A DNA stretch of 57,112 nucleotides from positions 1 to 57,112 of the forward strand of contig LXFE01000149.1 in the NCBI GenBank assembly GCA_001929475.1. Reading direction: 5' to 3'. The DNA comes from Neolecta irregularis DAH-3. Taxonomy: Eukaryota. The notes beneath the pieces were generated by a model. The model was not told where the DNA came from and ran no database searches. It saw only the letters and a program-made list of their open reading frames with translations. Each line of letters opens with the position of its first letter. Positions within the stretch are counted from its first letter, which is position 1. Both the position numbers and the translations under genes were made by a program. Shown one piece after another: positions 1 to 10,842 of this stretch.

Positions 1-40
1 CCCCCCCCCCCCCCCCCTGCCCCCCCCCCCCCCCCCCCCC
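1..40. repeat. poly-C tract at window/contig end
   Basis: Near-pure C run over 1-40, interrupted once by TG. Confidence 0.9.
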
Positions 41-134
41 GCCATAAAGCATATTCCATTTTTTTGAATATTGTGGCTTTTCAAAATAGTGGCTGGCGAA
101 CGCGGCCTAGATAGCAATTGATAAATAGATGACG

Positions 135-1575
135 TCAAATATTGGTAATATTGGCGAGCCTTTTATATTCCTGCAGCAAAATTGGGATATCGCCGATTGT
201 TAGATCGTGCGCATTTGCATCGAGGAATTTTGAACCTACCTGGTGTGGTTTTGCAAAAGAGGGTATTGCGCGAGTGGTTAGATTTGTGGCAGCGCGAACG
301 ACGTTTAAGCCTGGTAGATTTGCGAGGGAACTGGAGCTACGGTTAGAGGTGACAAACAAGGGTGTACAATGATCTTTGCCCATTGTGTTTTTCTTTTGCG
401 AATAGTTGTTTTACCTCTTGGAGGGTTTTGGGGGAGGAGCTTATGTGGTCGCGGAGAAAGTTGTAGGAAGAGTCTAGAGCGGTGGAGGCGATGGAGACAA
501 CGGAGGGAGCAGGCTGTTGTGCTGAGAGGGGGGAGGGAAAGGTCTGCGAGGACGGGGAGGGAAAGGACTGTGGGTCGAGGTTGTGCAAGGACTTTGGATC
601 GAGTGTTTCAATAAAAGTAGCAGCAGCTTCAAAGTTTGTGAGGCAGTAGGACGATTCACCGGTGAGGGGAGGGTGAAAGCGCTGGACGAAGCAGATGTGG
701 GAAACGAGGTTTGAGGGTCTTGATTTTACAAGAGTGTAGATTAAGCAAGGGAGGATGTGGTCTGCGGCGGAGCAGTCATTGCCAACACGGGCGAGGGTGT
801 CGAGGACGTGCGAGTGGATGGCCTTGAGGGCGAGCAGCTTGTCGAGAGGGCTGGTGGAGGCGTACAAGGCGGGGAGTTCTGCGGGTTAGAGCGCGACTAT
901 AGGGCGGTTGCCTTTGAGAGTGTTGGAGATGGTGGCGAGGAGGAGGTTGTGCGGGAGGGCGACGGAGAGGGCCTGCAGGGAGAGGCGGGAGTGGTTGAGG
1001 CGCGCGGTGTTTGCGGCGAGGAGGAGGTCTCTCGCGCGGTCGTGCGGGGGGCAGAAGAGGAAGGCGTACGCGTGGGCGCAGACGGCTGCGTGCACCTTGA
1101 GCGACCACGCGTGTTTGCGGGCGGCGGCGCGGAGCCGGGCAGCCTTGCGGTCTTGGATCTGCCCGTAGGGGAGCATTTCGGCGGGCAGGGCCGTGGCGGG
1201 CGGCGGCGGGCGGGAGGAGTCGCGGCGGAGGGTCAGGGCAGCGAGGCAGCGGGTGAAGAGCAGCGGGTGCGAGTCTGCGGGAGCAGCGTGCAGCGAGAGG
1301 ATAAAAGAGTCGATGTCTGCGAGGATGTCTGGGTCATGGTCAGGGTCAGGCAAGCAGTCTGGGGCCTCTTGGCTGTTCGCTAGAGGGTCTGAATCGTCTG
1401 GACAACTGGCTAGAGGGTCTGAATCGTCTGGACAACTGGCTAGAGGATCTGATTCCTCTGGACAATTCGCTAGAGGGTCTGAATCCTCTGGACAATTCGC
1501 TAGAGGGTCTGATTCCTCTGGACACTCCCCCGGAGGGGTGTCTGAATTGGAGAGCGGGTCACCAAGGGGCGGCAT
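135..1575 (-). CDS. VPS9: VPS9-domain Rab5 guanine nucleotide exchange factor (3 exons)
   Basis: VPS9 motifs SPLDKL, ADHILPCLIYTLVKSRPSNLVSHICFVQRF, GESSYCLTNFEAAATFIE; C-terminal DLTIGDIPILLQEYKRLA; introns at 879-911 (GC-AG) and ~338-368. Confidence 0.8.
1379..1528 (-). repeat. Coding 30-nt tandem repeat x5 (CP[ED][ED]SDPLA[NS]) in the Vps9 N-terminus
   Basis: Unit gctagagggtctgaatcgtctggacaactg repeated with few substitutions. Confidence 0.9.
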
Positions 1576-1622
1576 CGGGACTCGCCACGGGTGGCAGTGG
1601 ACGCTCCGTCGGACTCACCACC

Positions 1623-2836
1623 ATGCTGCCGCACCTGCTCCTGCTCCTGCTCTGCCCCGCGGCCGCACCCGCCCAGTTTACTCTGCGGCACGAGTACCGC
1701 ATCGACCCCGACTCGCACGCGCCCCTCCGGACCGACCTGCGACCCGGCAGTGCCCCCCCCGCCGTGCTCCTCAACCACCGCTTGCGCCCTAAACCCACCC
1801 TGCCCAATGCCCTTGCCCGCCATAGCCCCGCCCTGCTCTTCCAGGCGCAGTCCCCGCTGCCTACACTCCCCGTCCCCGCCGTCTCCGACAAACACACCCT
1901 CGCCGAGCTCGCCCGCATGGCCAGCAACGCGTACCTCCCCGGCTTAGACTCGCCAGACTGGGTCCCCGTCGGCGCGCCCTGGAACAAGGCACCCCCCCGC
2001 TTCCCCTGCCGCCGCCGCTGCTAACCCGCCAGTCGCACCACTTTGGCTGGGAACGGGCCGGCCTGCGCGGTCACGTCTTTGTCGACCATGCAAACGCCAC
2101 CGTCGTCATCGCTCTCAAGGGCACCAGCGCGGTTCTTTTTGGCGGTGGCAAGACTTCAGCCCGCGACAAGACAAACGTACCCTCTTGCCAAGATTCCCGC
2201 TTATCGCAGGACAACCTCCTTTTTTCCTGCTGCTGCGCCCGCATCTCCTACGCTTGGAAAACGGTCTGCGACTGCTACTCCTCTGCAAACTCCTGCTCCC
2301 AGTCCTGTCTCGAACAATCCCTCCAGTCCCAAGACTCCTACTACAACGACGCCCTCACAATCTACCACAACGTCTCCTCAATCTACCCCGCTGCTACAAT
2401 ATGGCTGGTCGGCCATTCCCTAGGCGGCGCAATTGCCTCCCTCCTAGGCCTCACTTTTGGCCTCCCAACTGTCACCTTTGAGGCCCCCGGCGAGCTCTTA
2501 GCCGCCCAGCGTCTTCATCTACCCTTGCCCCCAGCTATCCCCGCGTCAGAGACAAACATCTGGCACATTGGCCACACCGGGGACCCAATATTCATGGGCG
2601 TATGCACAGGCCCTGCTTCCTCTTGCTGGTACGCAGGCTACGCAATGGAAACACATTGCCACACAGGCTTGGAATGCGTCTATGATACCGTCGCAGACAA
2701 GGGTTGGCGCATAGACATCAGATCACACAGCATCCTCCCTGTCATCAACGACGTCATCTTGGCTTACGACGATGTTCCAACTTGTAAAGAGGTCAAAGAC
2801 TGCGTAGACTGTTTTGCTTGGACTTTTCAGAACTAG
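1623..2836 (+). CDS. ATG15: Autophagy lipase Atg15 (3 exons)
   Basis: Signal peptide; MASNAY, FGW..GLRGHVF, KGTS, DNLLFSCCC, catalytic GHSLGG, GHTGDPIFMG, ETHCHTG; introns 1989-2032 (GC-AG) and 2177-2209. Confidence 0.92.
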
Positions 2837-3727
2837 TACCGCTTCTTTTGGATTCAATGGTTGATTATTTATATTTATTATCATTATGAATGATTTATCT
2901 TTTATCATGATTTATTATCATTAGATAAAGGATATGAAAAAGATTTGAAATCGGAAAATTCGAATCCCTGCAAGAGATTCTGAAGCGGATTCATGGGATA
3001 ACCCCCGGTCATGTAATGCAACACTCATGTTGGGACCTTCTCTCGTCGTTGTCGTAGACGACTTCAAAAACATCATACATCTTCAGGATGTAGATGGCTG
3101 AATCGCTTATTTTTCTCTCTGATTCATTTGGGTTGGATTTGATCTCGGTTTTTTTCTATTTAAAACAAATCCGCCTTACACGAATTCAACACCCTTGAAC
3201 GCCACATTCGTTATAAGCAGGTTCGACTGTAGAGTGAAGTTGAAGGTTGATAAATGGTTCTGCATATGCAGTAGCTGCCTTGTCAGCCGACCATCAATCA
3301 GGAGCAGCAGAAACGTTGAAAGGTTACGACCTCGCCTGGTTGATTAACCAGGCTTTCTGGGGTTCAAACAATCACTGAGTGACTCTGAAGTGCTTTTTAT
3401 GAAGATCTGGACTTTTATCTTTTTGTAATTATCTCAACTCAACCCTTGGAACAGGGCGCCTCGATATTCCGAAGATGTTTGGAAAAAACCTGACAATATG
3501 TAATACATTTGCAAAATATCGATCCCGCTTTGCAATTCTTTCCCATTACAAGCTCTTGGGTCAGCGGTTCGCCTTTGGCTTGCTATCCAAAGTAGCCTCA
3601 CAAGCCTTATTGCAATCTCGCGGATATTTCGTCACCGTCATTCTTAGACATTCGAGCAATATCAAAAATATAATATCTCGAAAACTCTTATCAACGATAT
3701 ATTTCTTATCAAGGTTGACTGCTGTGA

Positions 3728-5344
3728 CTATTCTGCCTTGTTATTTCGGTTTGCAACTTTTACCGGATCCACCCATGAATTTCCACACAGCACATTCAGG
3801 CTTTTCCTTGTAAGCGAGTCAGAAAAGGCTGATGGCGACGACTGGAAGAGCGCCATTATAATCCCGAGCGAAGCCGCAAATAAATACACATCCACATGCT
3901 TCAAATTTATCTTCTTGTGCCTCTTTTCAACAATCTTCCATGACGATGCAAGAGACAGCCGTACTAAAGAGTCGACTCGTGATTTTCCGTGCTCTCGATC
4001 TAAAAACGCAAACAGTCCGCCAATGAACCCGGCTAAATGGAATCTCCAATTAGCAACAAACGCAATCAAACATACCTCCAACGAGGAAGAAAGTTATCAG
4101 GCAGAATCCGCTGAAACGCGCAAACAGAAGCCCAACATGTTCCAAAACCAAATGTTACAAACGCAGAGACCCCGGCAATTTTTTGCGCAGTCAGCATTAT
4201 GAAAGATAAAGGACTAAATTATTAGGTCCCTGAAACAAATGGAGTTTTACTCTTTCTTCACTCTTTCATAGCGTAACAGCCCTAAACAGGTGTAGAATAC
4301 AAACATAAACTTTGAAACAGGGACTAGTTGCCTCGCGCAAAATTCGAGTAAAGTTTTCGTGCACGATGGGTTGTCGGGGTGTAGAGAAGCACAAGAGAGA
4401 TATGTAATACTAGGGTGGGCCAAATTTAATATCGGAGAGATTTCCTCAAAAACCAGAGGTACAGTAGACGCCCCGGGCCGCAATACAGGAGACTTGAACT
4501 TTGGATAATTCTTTCTTGATATTTCGGCAATGTTTTTGATTATGGTATCGCCATCTGGCCATGCAAGATGTGCCGGATAATCAGCTGGTCGCTTCTTCAC
4601 ATAAGAGTTCGAAAACCCGAATATGAAACTCTTGAAGCTCTACAATTAGAATGGTGGATGGCGAAGATTATACATTAGGGAAACAGTCTCCGTCAAAAAA
4701 CATCGCATGAAGCAATTGGCTCGAAGCAAAAGGAGCCATCATCCACGAGCCAAACCACCAGGGCAGATTAGGTAAATAACCCTCGGCACCCATGAACTTG
4801 TAGAAAGATTCAACAGCTTTGGTGAAGAGGTATATCGCAATACTGACTCGTCGGTTACCAGGCGGGTGGATAGCAAGCGCTGTCCCAGAAAGGACTCCAG
4901 CGACAATAGGAGGAAAGTACTCGGTCGAGCAAAGAGACTGAAAGTATCTCAAGGATTTACAAGGTGAAGGGCGTCCTCGTCTCTGAACCAGTTTCTGCCG
5001 AAAGCGAATAAGAAACGCGAGTAGGATAGGGTGGGAAAGAAACACTCCGGCAAAACTCAGGCCACTCCGGATGGCATTCTTTTGCGCTTTACGCAATAAT
5101 TCCTTAATTCTTATGTTTTAGAATGAACTTTGAGAAAATTTTACCCTTGTTTACCAAGTGAAGCAGGAATAGCAACATCGATCGCCAAAGTTAACGCATA
5201 AGCAGCGGTAAAAGAGCGGCACGCCGAGCGAAACTTTGCTGCCGAAGGAGAATCGGAATCATGTGAATGTTTTGATAGACCACTTTTACAAATGGAGGCA
5301 TACTCCTTGGGAGAGAGAAGAAAAGTTACAAGACTGCGGGTCAT
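3728..5344 (-). CDS. TMEM135/PMP24-like multi-pass membrane protein (5 exons)
   Basis: Hydrophobic helices; RRVSIAIYLFTKA, PFASSQLLHAMFFDGDCFP, CASLHP..PSC resemble the TMEM135 family; four short GT-AG introns restore frame. Confidence 0.65.
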
Positions 5345-5703
5345 GGGGTGAGGGGACAAGTTGAGTGGGAAAATCCATGTGAAGTTGTACCTGTATTAGC
5401 TCCACCTCTTCACCCAAATTGCATGACATTAGGTAATTTGTAAAGAAAAGTTACTATTTTGTGGCTGCAAGACACACGTTTAAAATCCGAATTTCATTAA
5501 ATGGCCAATTTCATGAAATTCAGGCTAAGAAAGTGGTTGTAAAACACGCCCTAATAGTTTAATTTCCACCTTGCGAGTTGTGAGAATGGCACGCTTGAAT
5601 AACTCCATGTTTGTACTCCTGTTATAATAATTACTTATTAATCGCAAACTAAATCGCAGAATCATATAGCAGATACTCTTATAGAATACAAGCAAAGGCC
5701 AAG

Positions 5704-7446
5704 CTAGAAATGTCTAATATCAAACTCCTCGACGTGCGAATGTAGATATAATCGTCTCGATCTATGGGGTATGCCCAATGCTCTTGTATTCCTGACAAGT
5801 GTAAACCAGGGTTCAAGTGAAGATGGGATTACCGCAATGTCCTCATGCTCCAACCAACTTGAAATGGAAATGAGTAGGCACAGAGAAGAATGATTACTAT
5901 GAAAGCCAGCGATTTTGACTTTGCAGATTGCAGGCTGTAGAGAGTAACCATTAGAATGAGCACTACAGTTCAACATAGATATATGCATTACCATACAAGA
6001 AGCGATGGTCGAACGAGTGAAGTTAAATATCAAACCGAATAAGAATATTGATATGAGAGATTGACGGAAATATGAAAATCGCATGAGTGTCCGGTTTGAA
6101 TTGTCGGCGAGGGAAGCAACAGCGGAGGCAACTTCAGTTAGACGCTGGACAATGACAATTGACCGGCTATCTAGGTCTTCAGAGATGTTCTCTGGATGAG
6201 CAACGACTTGGAGACTATTATACCCGTAGACCTACAGTCAAGCTTTCAAACTCTGCCTTTGCGTTCGAGGCACGATTTAGATTATCGTTTAAATATGAAT
6301 GTAACTGTATAGACTGTGTTGTGAGGCCCTCTGTTTGGTTCAATAAGAGGGTCTAATTATAAAGGATCGTTTTTGTAGTTGGAGCTCTACCACGAATTCG
6401 GTCAGGGAAGTGATTTTGCCTATGACCGATGGTAAGAGAGTACTATCAACTGTCTCAATCTGGAAAAGCATCTGGGGGTGAGATGTGCGAGGGAAAGAAT
6501 TACACCTCATCAGCTGCTACACGCACTTTTGTAGAAATTTGAGAATTTGAGCGCGACAATTGTGCGGCTTGCTCATTCATTTGAAGCAAAGAGTCTCTCT
6601 GCTGTTCTATAATCGACAAGTTATCATTGAAGAGCTGTCATAAGGGTTGACAGAGTTCAAGGAGATGTACCTCGTGCAATTCCGAGCGGCTATGCTTGAC
6701 AATATTTACGGTGGTTTGCAGTTCTGCATCAAGACTGGATAGTGTAGTATCGAGATGGGAGATATGACGCATGACGATAGGATGGAGCCTATCAAGGTCG
6801 TTGAATATAAGACCGAGCTTGGATGTGATTTCAGTCAGAGTTCGTAGTGTGAGGAGGTCATGCGAATGGCTCTCGTCTCTATGTTTGCGGAGCTCGTGAA
6901 GGTGGGTGTCCAATATGGCTGAGAGCTCTAATTGGACGAGCGAGATGTTTTGATAGAGGGCAATAATGTTGCCTGTACTGTTGAGAGGGCCTCTGAAGGA
7001 GGAGTACGAGTTTCCAGGTCTTTTGAGGCAACAACACAGAAGTTTAGGGTTTCGCGGTAGTAACCAGAGAACGTTGTCCATGACTAGCGGTTGGTGGTGC
7101 GGCAGGCAAAAATATCAAGGACCTGAGGACGTGCATCGAGCTGGATAAGGCAGCTGTCGAGAAGCTCGGGCTTATAACATGCCGCCGGCACCGGCAGACC
7201 CGCCGCCTCCAATTCACACACTGCCCACGCAACCGCAAAAATAAGGCGATCTCGAGAGAAAGGTGGAGTGGGCAGGCGGCAGAGGAGGGCAAGATCAGCA
7301 GAGGCCGAAGCTGGAAAACACGGTGATTGGGCGGCGGCAAAGGTTGTCAAGGCAGAAAGACGGTCGAGCACAGTGTCAGAAGAAATATCGTTAAGTAAGG
7401 CAGCAGCAGTTGTCGAAAGGATTGCACAGACACATAATACCTGCAT
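5704..7446 (-). CDS. KAR5: Nuclear fusion (karyogamy) protein Kar5/Tht1/GEX1 family
   Basis: Signal peptide, Cys-rich domain (AVAWAVCELEAAG..P.AC...SCL..L..RPQSWTTFSGYY...FC), coiled-coil middle, C-terminal TM helices; ~6 short introns; 3' exon boundaries uncertain. Confidence 0.78.
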
Positions 7447-7529
7447 CTGAATGGGAGGCAGGTGGTGGTGGTGATGGTCGGTAGAGATGTCTCCAAGCTG
7501 TGGCCGTCCCACCCACTGAAATTGAAGGT

Positions 7530-7855
7530 CTTGGTAAATATTTAGTCCTTTCAATAGATCGTCAAATGACATTCATTCCCATCTTGCAGTTTGATACCAT
7601 CTTCTAGCTTCACCGCCCAAAAAAAAGAGCTGTGATTCCATTCTTCAGAAAAAGTAATCTTCCATTGTCTTTCTCCAAGTTCTATGCCATAGCATCTTTT
7701 TCACCCACATATTTTTCAGGCTTTTCAATCTTGAATGACATAACTGACTTGGATATTGGATCAACTTCTTGTTTCTTTTCTTCCTTTTTTGGGCCAGGGG
7801 ATCTAGATTTTGGTAACGGGGATTCTTCTTTCACAGATCTTATTCTAGGAGGCAT
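7530..7855 (-). pseudogene. Degenerate Ty3/gypsy-type retrotransposon gag fragment
   Basis: Translation across a frameshift and stops gives FKIEKPEKYVGEKDA / RTWRKTMEDYF* / LFFLGGEARRWYQT..* / SFDDLLKGL, matching the retrotransposon Gag capsid pattern. Confidence 0.6.
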
Positions 7856-7973
7856 AAACTGGCTTATCTCTGAAAAAAATGCAAGCCTGATTCTTAGAGA
7901 AACATCTCCTGGTCACCTATTTTCAGGTTTACTGCGAGAAAACTTTGTTTCATTTCGCAGCACCAGGTTGTTG

Positions 7974-9344
7974 TTAATGCAATCGTAAACTAAAGCCAGC
8001 TCCTCCAATCTCACCTTCACCAAAGAGACTTCCCCGATCCACAATGGGAGCACTCGGACTTTCATGCTTTCTCCTTTCCCCAGAAGATTTGGAAGGAAAA
8101 CTTGGCATCAATTCTGTTGCTTGCGGTCGTGGTTCTTCAGTGAAATAAGGATGCTGCATCGCCACGCGAGCTGTGATGCGATTCGAAGGGTTCAAGGAAA
8201 GTAGATCTGAAAGCAGGTTTACCCCTTGTCGAGTCAATAAAGGAAACCGAGCTCGCAAAATTGAGCCTCGTCTGTAAATTAATTGATATTCGCATCGAGG
8301 AAATGCTACGCGGCGAGATGCTTCGGAAAGTTTATTGCCTTTGCATTAGGAAGATCAGAAAACCCTGGCCACTCCTCATCAGATGGAACTCCTAGAAGCT
8401 CAAAGATCCGGCGTTAGGCCAATTGATAACGATCCAAACCTTTGAAATTTGATCCAATTCGCTTTTGCCCTGCAACAGAGGTTTACCTGTTAGCAACTCG
8501 GCAAAAATACAACCAATTGACCACATATCAATTGCAGTATCGTATTTTATCGCACCGAGAAGTAGCTCCGGAGCTCTGGAATATCAACAAAATAGATATG
8601 AGTTTACTTACCGATACCATAAAGTAACAACGAGCTGGGTTAAAGGCGGCAGCGGGTCGCCATACAACCGAGCAAGTCCAAAGTCTGCTATTTTTATCAT
8701 TCCTCGATTGTTCATGAGTAAATTTGAAGTTTTCAAGTCTCGATGAATAATCCAGTAATCATGAAGAAGAGCCGTAGCCGATAGCAATTGGAGCATCAGT
8801 GTTTTGACTTCCGATTGAAGGAATGGTTCCTTCATATCTTCCATGAGGGTTTTGAGATCATGCTCGATATAATCCATGACTATAAACACGCTCAATATTA
8901 CCTTCTTTTGTTAAAAAAAAGTGGGTAATACTGCGAAAGGCTTTCTCCCATGACGACTTCCCGTATATTTACGATATTCGGATGCCGAGCGACCATTAAT
9001 GTTTCTATCTCTCGTAGACTCGTAACTGGAAACCCATTCTTTTCATTGTCCAATTTGAGTTTCTTTAGAGCTACTATTTCGCCAGTTTCCATATCCCTAG
9101 CACGATAAACGATCCCATAGGAACCTTCCTCGATGTGGTTGAGCTTTTCGTATGTGTCTACGAGACGACAGGATTCCAGAGGTGCCCCGAAGAATTGAAT
9201 GGAACGATTTGATGGGATTGATGGTTGCTGTTCCTCGACAGCGGCCTTTGAGACTGAACTCTTGCGTTTCCTAGACTTTTTTGAAACTCGGGAAGAAGCT
9301 ACAGATGGTCCCTCAAGATTGTTATCATCCCATCTCGAAGTCAT
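7974..9344 (-). CDS. CDK11: CDK11/PITSLRE-like cyclin-dependent kinase (Ppk23/NpkA type)
   Basis: [50 protein letters not shown]; 4 introns, one apparently GT..GG at 8408-8439. Confidence 0.9.
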
Positions 9345-9412
9345 CAGGCCCGGCTTTACAACATAGGTTGAGGTCGAGTCCCGCAACGTTCCCTTCGCTT
9401 TTCCCACAATCA

Positions 9413-10829
9413 ATGTTTTTGAATTGTACATCACGAAGGCTGATTACGGGGTTCAAATGCACATGGAGACAGTATACCAGCAAGGGTAGACTACCGCTGG
9501 AGGATATGATAATCGAAGCGATCAAGACAACTGGTCCACTCTCACTTCCTTCTTATATGAGGCTATGCCTTACAAATCCAGACCATGGTTATTATGCAGG
9601 AGGGAAAGATCCTCTAGGCACTTCAGGTGATTTTATTACATCACCAGAGATATCACAAATGTTTGGTGAACTGATTGGAATCTGGTTCGTCACTCAGTGG
9701 ATGGCGCAAAAAAAGCCGTCGCATTATAATCTAATTGAACTTGGTCCTGGAAGGGGAACACTACTAGACGACGCTTTACGTGTACTTATCTCAGCAATAT
9801 TGCTGCTAAACTGTCCAAGGCAATACAAGCATTTCCCGCCTGTGCGCAAGCTTTGAAGCGTATCCATCTGATAGAATCAAGTTCTACTCTTCGTGAGTTG
9901 CAAGCAAGAAAGCTCTGTAAAGTAGGCTCGCTGCGTCTTGGCGATGACAACTTATGGAGAGGCTCAGGAAATCTCGGGTGTCCTGTGACATGGCACGAAG
10001 ACTTGAAGACACTCAAAAGGGGTAGACGAAAGGCCGACTGGACAAAAGCTAATAGATAGAAGAGAGTGATGTTCCATTTGTGATAGCCCACGAATTTTTC
10101 GACGCTCTACCAATCCACAAGTTTGAGGTATTAACTTTTGATCTTTGATCTAACCGGCAGCGGACTTGTGAAGGCTGGAGAGAGCTTTTAGTCGATTCTT
10201 GCTCAAAGACTTTGCATTCGATACCTGCAAGCCCTTCAACGTCTACTGGGATCTCAGCAAGTGCTTTCCAACTAGTTCGTGCCAAAGGACCTACTCCAAC
10301 GAGTATAGCTATTACAAATTCATCGCCCCGCTACCAATCATTGCCAATAGGTTCGCGATTCGAATGCTCGCCTGATACTTTTGCTATAACGCGAGATCTT
10401 TCTCAGAGAATCAAGGCTGGTGGAGCAGTTCTTATCGTTGATTATGGACCTGAAAAGACTATTCCAATTGATACCCTACGTGGGATTCGGAAGCACAAGA
10501 TTGTATCTCCCTTTGAAACGCCTGGAACAACGGATCTCTCTGCAGATGTTGATTTTCAAGGTATCAAAGAGGTGGCTTTAGATGAAAAATGTGATGTCTA
10601 TGGACCTATAGAACAGGGAGTATGGCTTCAGACTCTAGGTATAGGTGCACGGGCAGAACAATTGAAGGCGTCTCAAAGCACTGTACAAGGCTGTCATCGT
10701 ATAGAAATCGGTCAAAAGAGACTAGTTGAAAGTAACCATGGATCCATGGGAAAAGCATACAAATTCATGTCAATTCTTCGAAAAGATAGTCCGATACCGG
10801 TAGGCTTTGGGGGTGATATACAAGATTGA
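9413..10829 (+). CDS. NDUFAF7: Mitochondrial protein arginine methyltransferase NDUFAF7/MidA (DUF185)
   Basis: GDFITSPEISQMFGELIGIW, ELGPGRGTL, AHEFFDALP, VDYG, DLSADVDF; 3 introns. Confidence 0.92.
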
Positions 10830-10842
10830 AGTAGACACTGAT

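Noticed and set aside
757-1987. Many long overlapping ORFs in alternative frames and strands
   Set aside because: Shadow ORFs caused by high GC and stop-codon scarcity opposite VPS9/ATG15
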